The notes under the pieces were generated by a model. That model was given only the letters and a program-made list of their open reading frames with translations, was not told where the DNA came from and did no database searches. Below, piece after piece: positions 10,904 through 20,864 of a stretch of DNA of 64,000 nucleotides. Both the position numbers and the translations under genes were made by a program. Origin of the DNA: Bacilli bacterium (GTDB lineage: Bacteria; Bacillota_I; Bacilli_A; RFN20; CAG-826); the NCBI GenBank assembly GCA_035367155.1, contig DAOSJI010000001.1, positions 85,621 to 149,620 on the forward strand, in the 5' to 3' direction. Position 1 is the stretch's first letter. Each line of letters opens with the position of its first letter.

Positions 10904-11781
10904 AAACCTTCTAAAAAGTGGATAATTTCATCAACTAGATGAGGTGGAGTTGAAGCTCCACTTGAAATTCCTACATAAGTTACAGCTTTTAGGTCGTTGA
11001 CATCAATGTCAGCGACCGTTTTTATTCTTTTTACAACACTATCTGGGTGAGTTAATTTAGCAATTTCAACTAACTTAGCAGTATTACTTGATTGATCACC
11101 GCCGACAATATAAATAAGATCAACTTCTCCGGGTATTTTCATTACAGCTTCTTGGCGTAGTCTTGTAGCATTACAAATCTCATCAACTATTCTTGCCCCA
11201 GGGATTCTTTGCATAATTCTTTGATGATATGATTGTATTTCAAAAATTGATAGAGTAGTTTGATTTATTACATAAGGTGATTCGTCAGTAATTTTTGAAA
11301 AATCAAAATCCTTATTATTTGTATATAAGAAGATGTTATTACTAATTGAAAGAGCAGCCTCAACTTCAGGGTGACCTTTTTTCCCTATATAAATAACCTG
11401 ATGACCTTTTAAGAGGTTTTCCTTGATTTTATCTAGATTTAATTGAACCATTTTACAAGTAGCATCATGAACTATTAAGTTTCGTTCATGTGCTATTTTA
11501 TTAAATTCAACAGGATGACCATGAGCCGTGAAAATAAGATGAGTTGATGGGTCAACATTCCTTAAAAAATCAATTAATTCACTCTTAAGTCCTTTTTTAG
11601 TAGATATTTGGTTATATTCAAGTAGTTTTGTGACTTCATCATTATGCACTAACATACCAACGACAACAATTTTCGCCTTAGGAAAATCATTCCTAACCTT
11701 TAATGCTAGATCAATTGCCCTTGTTACTCCAAAGCAATATCCTTGTGGTTTTGCAACAAATAATCTCATAGTCTTCCTCAT
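10900..11781 (-). CDS. ispH: 4-hydroxy-3-methylbut-2-enyl diphosphate reductase
   Basis: GYCFGVTRAI N-terminus and conserved Cys/His positions typical of IspH/LytB. Confidence 0.9.
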   Translation of the reverse strand: MRKTMRLFVAKPQGYCFGVTRAIDLALKVRNDFPKAKIVVVGMLVHNDEVTKLLEYNQISTKKGLKSELIDFLRNVDPSTHLIFTAHGHPVEFNKIAHERNLIVHDATCKMVQLNLDKIKENLLKGHQVIYIGKKGHPEVEAALSISNNIFLYTNNKDFDFSKITDESPYVINQTTLSIFEIQSYHQRIMQRIPGARIVDEICNATRLRQEAVMKIPGEVDLIYIVGGDQSSNTAKLVEIAKLTHPDSVVKRIKTVADIDVNDLKAVTYVGISSGASTPPHLVDEIIHFLEGF

Positions 11782-11835
11782 GCATATAATAACACAAAAA
11801 CACCATTTTATAGTATAATAACGGCTGAGGAAAAG

Positions 11836-13185
11836 ATGGCGTTATTTAAGCAATTTAATTTAAAAACAGAACTTGTCGATGTTTTAGCTGAACTAGGTTA
11901 TATAAATCTAGCACCAGTACAAGAAAAAGTGATTCCAATCGCTCTACGCGGTGAATCTCTTTTAGCACGTTCAGAAACTGGATCAGGTAAGACACATGCT
12001 TTTTTAGTTCCAATTTTAAATAAATTAAATGCTGATATAAATGAGGTTCAAGCAATAATCCTTGCTCCTACAAGAGAACTGGCTAAACAAATCTATGATT
12101 TTTCAACTGAAATTAATCTAAAATTTGGAAATTTCCGCATTTTACTTCTTGCTGGAGGTATTGAAAAGACTCGTAATATCGCACAAATGTCATTAGGTCC
12201 TCAACTTATAATCGCTACACCTGGTCGTTTAAAAGATATAGGATTTGTTAATAGCGTTATTACTCTTAGAACCGTAAAAACACTAGTATTAGATGAAGCT
12301 GATATGCTTATGGATTCAGGGTTTTTACCAATTGTAAATGAAATATTGCTTCAACTAGATAGTCCGCAAATAATGATTTTTTCTGCAACTATTCCTAAAA
12401 CGCTAAATTCAATTATTGAACATTATGTTGGTTCTTCACATATTATCGAAATGAGTGATGTCTATCAAACTAGCGAACGTGTTAAACATCATTTAATCGA
12501 TGTTCACCATCAAAATCGTTTTGAAATCGTTCGCGACTTTATAAAATGGCGTAATCCATATTTACTTTTAATTTTCTGCTCTGAAGTTGAAGAGGTTGAT
12601 AATTTATTTAAATATTTAGTAAATAGCGGAATAAAATGTGGCATTTTACACGGTAATTTAACTCCTAGAGAACGAAAACAAATGCTTCGAAGAATTCGTA
12701 ATGATGAATTTAGAATAATAGTTGCAAGTGATATTGCCGCTCGTGGGATAGATATTCCTAACATTAGCGATGTTCTTAATGTTAATTTCCCGCGAGATCA
12801 CGCATTTTATTTCCATCGCGCAGGAAGAACAGGTCGTTTTGATCAAGAAGGAGATTGTTTTTCCTTTTATGATCACGATAGTTTAAAAACTGTTGAAAAA
12901 CTTGAATCTCTTGGTGTAAGTTTTAATGTTTTACGGTTTAGTAATGGCACCTTTATTGAAACTGAAATTGAAAAACCAAAAACTAAACCAAAAACAGATT
13001 CACAAAAAGAACTTGATAATAAAATACAACGTACAATCGCAAGAACTCGCTCGAATGTTGTTAAACCAGGTTATAAAAAGAAAGTAAAACAAGCTGTCGA
13101 TAAAGTTAAAAGACGTCATCGAAGAGAAATGATAAAAAAAGATATTCAACGACAAAGACGCGAAAAGTACAAGAAAGGATCTTAA
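11836..13185 (+). CDS. cshB: DEAD-box ATP-dependent RNA helicase
   Basis: Q motif, [15 protein letters not shown] and HRAGRTGR motifs, plus a basic C-terminal tail. The ispH-helicase-nfo order matches Bacillus yqfP-yqfR-yqfS. Confidence 0.8.
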   Translation: MALFKQFNLKTELVDVLAELGYINLAPVQEKVIPIALRGESLLARSETGSGKTHAFLVPILNKLNADINEVQAIILAPTRELAKQIYDFSTEINLKFGNFRILLLAGGIEKTRNIAQMSLGPQLIIATPGRLKDIGFVNSVITLRTVKTLVLDEADMLMDSGFLPIVNEILLQLDSPQIMIFSATIPKTLNSIIEHYVGSSHIIEMSDVYQTSERVKHHLIDVHHQNRFEIVRDFIKWRNPYLLLIFCSEVEEVDNLFKYLVNSGIKCGILHGNLTPRERKQMLRRIRNDEFRIIVASDIAARGIDIPNISDVLNVNFPRDHAFYFHRAGRTGRFDQEGDCFSFYDHDSLKTVEKLESLGVSFNVLRFSNGTFIETEIEKPKTKPKTDSQKELDNKIQRTIARTRSNVVKPGYKKKVKQAVDKVKRRHRREMIKKDIQRQRREKYKKGS

Positions 13186-13186
13186 A

Positions 13187-14074
13187 ATGAATAAAGAATT
13201 AATTTTAGGCTGTCATGTATCTTTAAGTAGCCCAGATTATTATTTAGGTTCAGTTAATGAAGCACTCTCATACGGAGCGAATACTTTCATGATTTATACC
13301 GGCGCTCCGCAAAATAGTTATCGTTTACCTACTGAACGGCTAAATATTAATAAAGGTAAAGAAGCGCTTAAAAAAAGTGGCATGAATAGCGATCATATTA
13401 TCGCTCATGCCCCGTACATTATTAATTTAGGTAATTCAGTTAATCCAAGTACCGCTGAACTAGCAGTCGATTTTTTAAAGAAAGAATTACAAAGAGTAGC
13501 TGACTTTGGTATTAAAACTCTTGTCCTTCATCCTGGTTCTCATGTTGGAGCAGGTGAAGAAGAAGGGATGAAACAAATAATCAAAGGGTTAAACGAAGTT
13601 TTAGCAAATGATCACAATGATGATGTAATAATTGCCCTTGAAACAATGGCAGGAAAAGGTAGTGAAATCGGCTATAAATTCGAACATATCCGTCATATCA
13701 TCGACAATGTTGATAGACCAGAACGACTTGGTGTATGTTTAGATACCTGTCATATTAGTGATGCAGGATATGATGTAACAAAAGTTGATGAAATATTAAA
13801 AGAATTTGATGAAAAAATTGGCTTAGGGCGTTTAAAAGTCGTTCATATTAATGATAGTAAAAATGAACGAGGAGCAAGAAAAGACCGTCATGAAAATCTT
13901 GGCTATGGGACGATTGGCTTTGAAACAATTAGTAAATATGTTCATCATCCCTTACTAGCACATATCCCTAAAATATTAGAAACGCCATATTATGATAAAA
14001 AACCGCCTTATAAGGCGGAGATTGCTATGTTAAGAGCAAATCAATTTAATAAAAATTGGCGAGACTCTCTATAG
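13187..14074 (+). CDS. nfo: endonuclease IV
   Basis: TIM-barrel Nfo sequence ([18 protein letters not shown]). Confidence 0.9.
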   Translation: MNKELILGCHVSLSSPDYYLGSVNEALSYGANTFMIYTGAPQNSYRLPTERLNINKGKEALKKSGMNSDHIIAHAPYIINLGNSVNPSTAELAVDFLKKELQRVADFGIKTLVLHPGSHVGAGEEEGMKQIIKGLNEVLANDHNDDVIIALETMAGKGSEIGYKFEHIRHIIDNVDRPERLGVCLDTCHISDAGYDVTKVDEILKEFDEKIGLGRLKVVHINDSKNERGARKDRHENLGYGTIGFETISKYVHHPLLAHIPKILETPYYDKKPPYKAEIAMLRANQFNKNWRDSL

Positions 14075-14449
14075 AGGCTCGCCTTTTTCTAATGCTTTTT
14101 TAATGGCTTGAAAAGTTTCTTCACTAATATCGTGTTCAAACTTACAAGAATCTTCCTCAGCTATACGAGGGTCAACACCAAGCTTAATGAAAAACTCGGT
14201 TAAAACACGGTGTTTTTCATATATGTCTTCAGCGACTTTTCTTCCTTTTTTGGTTAGAAGAAGTTCGCCGTTAGGACCTTCTTTTAAAAAGCTTTTTGTT
14301 TTTAATTCATTTAAAGCTTGTGAAACAGTTGATTTTGCCTTTTTTGTTTCTTTGACAATATCAACAAATCGAACTGTTTCTTGTGTTTCTTTAAGGCGAA
14401 GTATTGTTTCTAAATACATCTCGCCGGATTCATAAATTTTCTTACTCAC
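14069..14449 (-). CDS. DtxR/MntR-family metal-dependent transcriptional regulator (short form, no SH3 domain)
   Basis: 126 aa with a winged-HTH N-terminus ([11 protein letters not shown]) and a helical metal/dimerisation domain. Lies immediately downstream of feoB. Confidence 0.8.
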   Translation of the reverse strand: MSKKIYESGEMYLETILRLKETQETVRFVDIVKETKKAKSTVSQALNELKTKSFLKEGPNGELLLTKKGRKVAEDIYEKHRVLTEFFIKLGVDPRIAEEDSCKFEHDISEETFQAIKKALEKGEPL

Positions 14450-16723
14450 TTATACTCTTGCAACCTTATTATTTTGGTATTTTTGGTATAGGAAATATCC
14501 AACTACCGCTAAACCTAAGATAGCAAGAATAATAAATAATGTCCACCACCAACTACCGATTAGATAGATGAAACTTGAAATTACATAAGATACTACTAAC
14601 CAGAATATTATTGTTCCTATGAATTGTTTTCTTGTTAATTCGGCCTTAGCAGTGGCTACTGCCGCCATACAAGGAATAGTAGTCATGTTAAAAACGATAA
14701 AAGAAAGTAAGGCAGGTAAGTTAATGTTAGTTAACTGAATCATCGCCGTTACACTATCGACATCGCTATCACCACCAATGGTAATTAGACCGGCTGCTGC
14801 TAAAGAAGCAGCAATTGTTCCAAATGTTCCAATTGCATTTTCTTTAGCAATTAAGCCTGTTACAGCTGCAGCGATAAAGACCCACCCGTATTTTGTAAGT
14901 TGGCTACCAAAACCTAAAGGAGTAAATAAAGGTCGTACTAATTGAGCAACATTCATTAAAATACTTTGTTCAATTTGGCTATCTTCTAAGAACTCCCAAT
15001 TGAAACTAAAGTGAGCTAAAAACCATACTACAACTGAAGAAACAAGAATAATAGTAAAGGCTTTTTTAACAAAGTGTTTAGCCTTATCGTATAGATGTAT
15101 AAATAATGCTTTTGCTTTTGGCAAACGATATGGCGGTAATTCCATAATAAATGGTGTAGTTTCACCTTTTAACATGGTTTTACGCATAATAATTGCAGTA
15201 ATCATTGCTAAAACAACACCAATTGCATACATTGAAAAGACAATTATATCAACGTTTCCTACACCAAAATATTGGACGATTCCACCAGAAACCGCGAGTA
15301 GAATCGGAACTTTTGCACCGCAGCTAAAGAATGGAATAACTCTAATTGTTGCAACGCGCTCATGTTCGCTTTTTAGTGTTCTTGCATTAATCATTGCAGG
15401 AATTGAACAACCAAAGCCCATAAGCATTGGGATAATTGAGCGACCTGAAAGACCGAATTTTCGGAAAATACGATCTAAATTAAAGGCGACTCGAGCCATA
15501 TAGCCAGTATCTTCAAGAAGGGAAATGAAGAAGTATAAAACAATAATTTGTGGTAAAAACGATAAAACAGCAAAGACACCTGCTAAGATACCATCAAATA
15601 GAAGGCCTCCAAGCCAAGCTGGCCCTTTATAAATACTTGCTAATCCATCTGAGATGCTATTACAAGCTAATTCTAATAGATTAAATAAAATTACACCTGG
15701 CGAATTTATACCCCCCTCACCAAATACACCTTCAAATGCAGTTCCAGGTAGAGTTACAAAATCTTCACCAAGAAGACCGCCAATAAAAAGGAAGTTTTCA
15801 GAAAATGTAAGATGGAAAATAATGAATACAATCGCTATAAAGATCGGAATACCGAATATACGATGTGTAAGAATTTTATCAGCTAAACCAGTACGGCTTA
15901 ATTTACGTTTCTTTTTACTTGGTGTAGTTTCCTCTTTAGTGACAACGGAAACAACACCTTCTAAATTAGCAACAATCCATCGATATCTTGCATCCGCGAT
16001 AAAAGCTTCTACATCATCATTAAAAGTAGTAGAAGTGAACTTGAAATCGCTGTTTTTAAGAAACTTCAGTGCTTCTGGATGCTTTTTTATTTCATATTCG
16101 TCATTTTCTAAAAGTTTAATAGCATGAAATAGAGGTTCAACGACTTCATTGCTACGGAAATTTTCTTCAAGCAAGTTAATCGTTTCACTAATTTCGCTAT
16201 TTTCTAATACCGTTCGTGCTTTTCTTTTCTTTTTAGCGTTTTTTCTAACTGCTTCAATGAGTTCATTAATTCCTTCTTCACGAAGAGCAGAAATTGAAAT
16301 AACTGGAACTCCTAAACGCTTTTCAAGTAATTTAACATCAATTTGCTTTCCACTTTTTTGAAGTTCATCACTCATATTAAGTGCTATAACAAGCGGAATA
16401 TTAGTTTCTAATAGCTGAGTAGTTAAATATAAACTTCTCTCTAGCGTCGTTGAGTCAATGATATTAATAATAATGTCACAGTTTTTCCCTAATAAATAAT
16501 CACGAGAAATAATTTCCTCGGTTGTATAGGGAGAAAGTGAGTAAATACCTGGTAAGTCAACGATTGAGATTGCTTCATTAGTTCGGTCTTTTCTATATAA
16601 TCCCTCACGTTTTTCGACTGTTACACCAGGCCAGTTACCAACATGTGCACGAGCACCTGTAAGAATATTAAAAAGGGTCGTTTTACCGCTGTTTGGTTGA
16701 CCCGCAAGTGCTACTTTAATCAT
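14450..16723 (-). CDS. feoB: ferrous iron transporter FeoB
   Basis: N-terminal G domain (GQPNSGKTT, DLPG, NMSD) followed by a polytopic membrane domain. 757 aa. Confidence 0.95.
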   Translation of the reverse strand: MIKVALAGQPNSGKTTLFNILTGARAHVGNWPGVTVEKREGLYRKDRTNEAISIVDLPGIYSLSPYTTEEIISRDYLLGKNCDIIINIIDSTTLERSLYLTTQLLETNIPLVIALNMSDELQKSGKQIDVKLLEKRLGVPVISISALREEGINELIEAVRKNAKKKRKARTVLENSEISETINLLEENFRSNEVVEPLFHAIKLLENDEYEIKKHPEALKFLKNSDFKFTSTTFNDDVEAFIADARYRWIVANLEGVVSVVTKEETTPSKKKRKLSRTGLADKILTHRIFGIPIFIAIVFIIFHLTFSENFLFIGGLLGEDFVTLPGTAFEGVFGEGGINSPGVILFNLLELACNSISDGLASIYKGPAWLGGLLFDGILAGVFAVLSFLPQIIVLYFFISLLEDTGYMARVAFNLDRIFRKFGLSGRSIIPMLMGFGCSIPAMINARTLKSEHERVATIRVIPFFSCGAKVPILLAVSGGIVQYFGVGNVDIIVFSMYAIGVVLAMITAIIMRKTMLKGETTPFIMELPPYRLPKAKALFIHLYDKAKHFVKKAFTIILVSSVVVWFLAHFSFNWEFLEDSQIEQSILMNVAQLVRPLFTPLGFGSQLTKYGWVFIAAAVTGLIAKENAIGTFGTIAASLAAAGLITIGGDSDVDSVTAMIQLTNINLPALLSFIVFNMTTIPCMAAVATAKAELTRKQFIGTIIFWLVVSYVISSFIYLIGSWWWTLFIILAILGLAVVGYFLYQKYQNNKVARV

Positions 16724-16950
16724 TCTAAAACCTCCACTTCAACGAGAAGAGCTTCGTCTTTTCGTAATGAAAGATGATAACCACGAATTAAAATTTCGAT
16801 TGGATCTCCAAGTGGAGCACACTTTAAAAGTGTAACTTCAATAGATGGAGTAACGCCCATATCAAAAAGTCTTTTACGAACGTGGCCTTCACCATGTACC
16901 GCCACTACGCGGCCTGTTTGATTGTACTTTAAATTGCATATAGTTTTCAT
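16720..16950 (-). CDS. feoA: ferrous iron transport protein FeoA
   Basis: FeoA SH3-like domain beginning MKTICNLKYNQTGRV. I prefer the ATG at 16950 (SD GGTGAGG upstream) to the track start at 17010, which would cover the promoter. Confidence 0.8.
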   Translation of the reverse strand: MKTICNLKYNQTGRVVAVHGEGHVRKRLFDMGVTPSIEVTLLKCAPLGDPIEILIRGYHLSLRKDEALLVEVEVLE

Positions 16951-16977
16951 AATGGTTCGCCTCACCGAACTAAAGAT

Positions 16978-17008
16978 AGTATAAGAAAAGGTTGAACAGA
17001 TGTCAACC
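16978..17008 (-). promoter_or_regulatory. feoA promoter with an overlapping inverted repeat
   Basis: On the - strand: TTGACA (17006-17001), 17 nt, TATACT (16983-16978). The inverted repeat GGTTGA-N7-TCAACC (16990-17008) covers the -35. Confidence 0.6.
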
Positions 17009-17036
17009 AAATTTGTAAAGAAAATTTATAACAAAG

Positions 17037-18089
17037 TTATTTAAAAGATTCTATCTCTTTTTTTAGCCTTGTAAAGGCATCTTTTTCATCGATTGTATCG
17101 ATGACGTGACCTTTTTTAAAAAGCACCCATTTCATTTTGCCACCTGCTAGACCAATATCAGCATGTTTTGCTTCACCTGGACCATTAACAGGACAGCCCA
17201 TAACTGCGACAGTAATTTTTTTATTTGTATATTCTAGTAATTCAAGTACTTGACTAGCTACTTTTTTAACATCCACCTCAGTTCGTCCACATGTCGGACA
17301 ACTAATAAGAGTTGGATAGTTTGGATATAGTCCAATATCATGAAGAAGTCTTTTACAAACTTTAATTTCTTCCTGTGGACTATCAGTTAAAGAAATACGA
17401 ATCGTATCTCCGATTCCTTCAAGAAGAAGTGGCGAGAGGCCAGCGACACTGCGAATAACACCAACCTCTTTAGTTCCGGCCTCAGTAATGCCTAAATGAA
17501 GCGGATATTTAAATGTTTTACTAGCTAAGCGATAAGCTGCAATAGTTTCTTTAACATCACTTCCTTTTAAAGATAAAACAATGTCAGTAAAGCCCATATC
17601 TTCAATGATTTTAACGTGTTTTTTTGCACTATTAACAAGATGAATATGGGTGACTTTTTCGCCTTCTTTAATAATTTCTTTATCTAAAGATCCTGAATTA
17701 ATACCGATGCGAATCGAAACATTAGCTTTTTTACAGGCATCTACTACTTGCTGAATTTTATCAATTGAACCAATATTACCGGGGTTAATACGAATTTTAT
17801 CAGCACCATTTTCAATAGCAAGAAGTGCTAAACGATAATCAAAATGAATATCTGCAATTAGAGGAATAGAAACATGTTTTTTAATCTCTTTTAGTGCTAA
17901 TGCGTCTTCTTTATCAACGATAGAAACACGCATTAAATCAGCTCCTAAACGAGCACAATCGTTAATTTGTTCACATATCTCGCTTACTTTACTAGTTTTA
18001 ATATTACACATACTTTGAATTAAAACAGTATTTGTACCACCGATTGTAAGATTGCCGACTTTAATTTTATTTGTTTCAGTTCGTTTCAT
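17037..18089 (-). CDS. ispG: 4-hydroxy-3-methylbut-2-en-1-yl diphosphate synthase
   Basis: Typical IspG/GcpE sequence (IRINPGNIG, SCPTCGR, MGCPVNGPGE). Confidence 0.95.
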   Translation of the reverse strand: MKRTETNKIKVGNLTIGGTNTVLIQSMCNIKTSKVSEICEQINDCARLGADLMRVSIVDKEDALALKEIKKHVSIPLIADIHFDYRLALLAIENGADKIRINPGNIGSIDKIQQVVDACKKANVSIRIGINSGSLDKEIIKEGEKVTHIHLVNSAKKHVKIIEDMGFTDIVLSLKGSDVKETIAAYRLASKTFKYPLHLGITEAGTKEVGVIRSVAGLSPLLLEGIGDTIRISLTDSPQEEIKVCKRLLHDIGLYPNYPTLISCPTCGRTEVDVKKVASQVLELLEYTNKKITVAVMGCPVNGPGEAKHADIGLAGGKMKWVLFKKGHVIDTIDEKDAFTRLKKEIESFK

Positions 18090-18174
18090 ATCTTCTCCGA
18101 TATTTCCATTTTATTATAGCATTTAATTGCTAAGATAATAATTCATCTTTATTCTAGTATTTAATTATTTTATG

Positions 18175-18183
18175 TGCTACAAT
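18175..18183 (+). promoter_or_regulatory. extended -10 promoter for rpmG
   Basis: TGcTACAAT lies 27 nt upstream of the rpmG ATG. Confidence 0.5.
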
Positions 18184-18210
18184 ACAAGCCGTATTAGTGG
18201 AGGTAGATAA

Positions 18211-18360
18211 ATGCGTACTCGAATTATGTTAAGATGTACCGAATGTAACGAAGAAAATTATTTAAGTAGTAAAAATAAAAAGAACGTTCCAGATCGGCTT
18301 GAATTAAAAAAATATTGCCCACGTTGCAATAAAAACACTTTACATAGAGAAAAAAGATAA
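18211..18360 (+). CDS. rpmG: 50S ribosomal protein L33 (not in the ORF track, under 60 aa)
   Basis: My translation is [49 protein letters not shown], with two CxxC pairs typical of L33. SD GGAGG upstream. Confidence 0.9.
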   Translation: MRTRIMLRCTECNEENYLSSKNKKNVPDRLELKKYCPRCNKNTLHREKR

Positions 18361-18380
18361 AGCTACGGCTTTATTTTTTT
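18358..18380 (+). terminator. intrinsic terminator after rpmG
   Basis: Stem taaagc/gcttta with loop tacg, followed by seven T. Confidence 0.6.
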
Positions 18381-18397
18381 ACAATATATAAATATTT

Positions 18398-19030
18398 ATG
18401 GTTATTCATTTAACATTTCCACAAAATCTACAAGCTGCTAATTGTTATTTAGTCACTAGCAAAGAAGGAGTAATTGTAGTTGATCCAGGTTCAAAAGACC
18501 CTTCCCTTGCTAATATGATTAAAGAAAAATACGATAAAGTTATAGCAGTTTTAATTACACATGGCCACTTTGATCACTCAAAAGGTGCTAGTTTACTTCA
18601 AGCTACCTTTAATTGTCCCGTTTATGTTCATAAAGAAGATGAAGAATGGTTAACAAACCCTATAAAATATCAAAAAAGTCTCTTTTTTATGCAAATTGGT
18701 GAACCTCTTAAAGAAGGTCTAGTATCAATAAGTGATGGTGATGAACTTAAAATAGGTGATTTTACATTTGAAGTTATTCATACACCGTTTCATTCAAAAG
18801 GAAGTGTTTGTTATTTACTTAAAGAACATAATATTCTTTTTACCGGCGACACTCTTTTTAATGGAACTATAGGAAGAGTTGATCTAGTAACAAGTGAACC
18901 CGAAAAAATTTCTGAAAGTCTTAGTAAAATAAAAAAGCTAGATCCTAAGCTTCTAATTTATCCAGGCCATGGAGATAAACCAACTATTTTACGACACGAA
19001 TTAGAGACCAATCCATACTTATTAATGTGA
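18398..19030 (+). CDS. MBL-fold metallo-hydrolase
   Basis: THGHFDH motif with downstream His/Asp ligands. 210 aa. Confidence 0.8.
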   Translation: MVIHLTFPQNLQAANCYLVTSKEGVIVVDPGSKDPSLANMIKEKYDKVIAVLITHGHFDHSKGASLLQATFNCPVYVHKEDEEWLTNPIKYQKSLFFMQIGEPLKEGLVSISDGDELKIGDFTFEVIHTPFHSKGSVCYLLKEHNILFTGDTLFNGTIGRVDLVTSEPEKISESLSKIKKLDPKLLIYPGHGDKPTILRHELETNPYLLM

Positions 19031-19096
19031 TATTTGTTCTATTTGTTATAAATAACATATAATGATATAATTTTAATGAAAAAGAGGTGATAAAAA

Positions 19097-19654
19097 ATGA
19101 TTAACGTAACTGAATTAAGACCTGGCAATTATTTTATTGAAGCAGGCAATCTCTACAATGTACTAGATATTTTACTAAATAAAACTGCGATGAGAAAAAT
19201 GGTCGCTAAATTAAAAGTAAAAAATGTACGTACAGGTGCAATTACTGAATTAACTTTCAACTCTGGTTATCAAATTGATCGTATTTCAATTAGTAAAAAG
19301 ACAATGTCATATCTTTATGATGCTGGTGATGGTCTTGTTTTTATGAACAATGATACATTTGAACAAGTTGAAGTTCCAAAAACCATGCTTGAATGGGAAA
19401 TGCAATTCCTTGTCGAAGGTCATGAAGTTGAAATTGCTTCATACGAAGGCGAACTTTTAGGTATAACCTTACCTGCTAAGGTTGCCCTAAAGATTACCGA
19501 ATGTGATCCAGGTGTTCGTGGGAACACTGTTCAAAACGCAACTAAAGATGCAGTTTGCCAAACTGGTCTTCGTATACGTGTTCCATTATTTATTGAGGAA
19601 GGAGAAGTAGTTCTAGTAAGAACCGATAACGGCGCTTACGATGGACGAGCATAA
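19097..19654 (+). CDS. efp: elongation factor P
   Basis: 185 aa, typical EF-P sequence (ELRPGNYF..., PLFIEEGE). Confidence 0.95.
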   Translation: MINVTELRPGNYFIEAGNLYNVLDILLNKTAMRKMVAKLKVKNVRTGAITELTFNSGYQIDRISISKKTMSYLYDAGDGLVFMNNDTFEQVEVPKTMLEWEMQFLVEGHEVEIASYEGELLGITLPAKVALKITECDPGVRGNTVQNATKDAVCQTGLRIRVPLFIEEGEVVLVRTDNGAYDGRA

Positions 19655-19656
19655 TT

Positions 19657-19878
19657 ATGATTATTTTAATGTCTACTGGTGGAATTATTGGTATTGGCGT
19701 TGGAGCCTTAGTGCTAGGCTTAGTTCTTGGTTTCTTTATTTCTAGAAAAGTTTTCCAAGTTCAACTAAAGAAGAATCCGCCTATTTCAGAAAAACAAGTT
19801 CGTGCAATGCTTTCTGCTACTGGGCGTAAGCCAAGTGAAGCACAAGTGCGTGCTGTTATGCGCTCAATGAAGCAATAA
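19657..19878 (+). CDS. UPF0154/YneF-family small membrane protein
   Basis: One N-terminal TM helix, then FISRK...NPPISEKQVRAM...GRKPSEAQV, characteristic of YneF. Confidence 0.75.
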   Translation: MIILMSTGGIIGIGVGALVLGLVLGFFISRKVFQVQLKKNPPISEKQVRAMLSATGRKPSEAQVRAVMRSMKQ

Positions 19879-19895
19879 CTACATATTTAGTAAGA

Positions 19896-19931
19896 AAAAA
19901 ATGCGACATTATTAATTAGTGTCGCTTTTTT
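19896..19931. terminator. bidirectional intrinsic terminator between the convergent yneF-like gene and plsY
   Basis: Stem gcgaca/tgtcgc flanked by an A-run on the left and a T-run on the right. Confidence 0.7.
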
Positions 19932-19971
19932 ATTACTTATTTTATTACTGACTAACTACCAATAAACTACT
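19931..19971 (-). repeat. 11-nt phased AGTA array (4 units)
   Basis: The - strand reads AGTAGTTTATT GGTAGTTAGTC AGTAATAAAATA AGTAATA. It starts 15 nt after the plsY stop. Confidence 0.6.
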
Positions 19972-19985
19972 AAAAGATAACCAAA

Positions 19986-20666
19986 CTATCTTAACCAAGT
20001 AATTTTTCGTTCGGTACCTTTAATAATTCGTTTAATATTTGACGAATGTAAAATGATTAATACCGCACATGTTAAAGCTAAGAAAAAAGGATACCACCAA
20101 GTTATATAAACAAGAGGATAAAATGTAATATTAGCTAGAGAGGGTATCATAACAACTAGACTCATGACAGAAATTGTTAATGAACCAGTAATACTTGAAA
20201 GAGAAACCATTTTTTTAAGTTTAAGAATAGTAACAAAAACAATAAATGCTACAAGAAAAACTAACCAGTTTGTTGCAAGAGCAAAACCAGCGATTCCGCT
20301 GACGGCTTTTCCGCCTCTAAACTTATGGAAAATTGGAAAACAATGACCAAGAGTAAGTGAAAAACAAGCAATATATATGGTGAAATTAGGATTTACAAGA
20401 TCTCCTAATGAAGTAAAACGAAGGATTAAAGTCAGAGCCCAGTGAAATATTACCATCTTTAAAATATCGATAATAATAACAGCAGCACCAGCTTTTTTTC
20501 CTAAGATACGGCCAGCATTTGTCCCACCTGCATTACCTGAACCATGATCGCGTATATCAACTTTATAAAAAATGCGCCCAATTAAAATAGATGTTGAAAC
20601 AGATCCGATTAAATAACCGCATATAATCGCACCAAATATAATTAAGACGCTATATAAAGTTTCCAT
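19986..20666 (-). CDS. plsY: glycerol-3-phosphate acyltransferase PlsY
   Basis: GSGNAGGTN motif in a polytopic membrane protein of 226 aa. Confidence 0.9.
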   Translation of the reverse strand: METLYSVLIIFGAIICGYLIGSVSTSILIGRIFYKVDIRDHGSGNAGGTNAGRILGKKAGAAVIIIDILKMVIFHWALTLILRFTSLGDLVNPNFTIYIACFSLTLGHCFPIFHKFRGGKAVSGIAGFALATNWLVFLVAFIVFVTILKLKKMVSLSSITGSLTISVMSLVVMIPSLANITFYPLVYITWWYPFFLALTCAVLIILHSSNIKRIIKGTERKITWLR

Positions 20667-20822
20667 TTTTGCCTCATTTTTCTAGTTTTGGACTTTGTCC
20701 TTAAATACTATATCACAAATGAGTTAATTCTCCACTTATATGAAAAAACATTTTTAAAAGTGCTAATTAAAAAGTATAATGAAAATGCGATTTCAAAATC
20801 GGGCTTAAAGTTTTATAAAACT

Positions 20823-20831
20823 TTGGTATAA
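20823..20831 (+). promoter_or_regulatory. extended -10 promoter for parE
   Basis: TGgTATAAT. It is abutted by the 18-bp perfect palindrome aaagttttataaaacttt (20807-20824). Confidence 0.5.
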
Positions 20832-20864
20832 TAAGATACGAAATTATGTAAAGGATAATTTGAT

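Noticed and set aside
14069-14074. Convergent nfo and DtxR-family regulator genes share the palindrome CTATAG as overlapping stop codons, with no terminator between them.
   Set aside because: The overlap is real but trivial. It is a 6-nt overlap of convergent genes and I can attach no further functional implication from sequence alone.
16951-17010. Longer N-terminus for feoA (track start at 17010).
   Set aside because: It would overlap the near-consensus promoter. The ATG at 16950 has an SD and gives a typical 76-aa FeoA.
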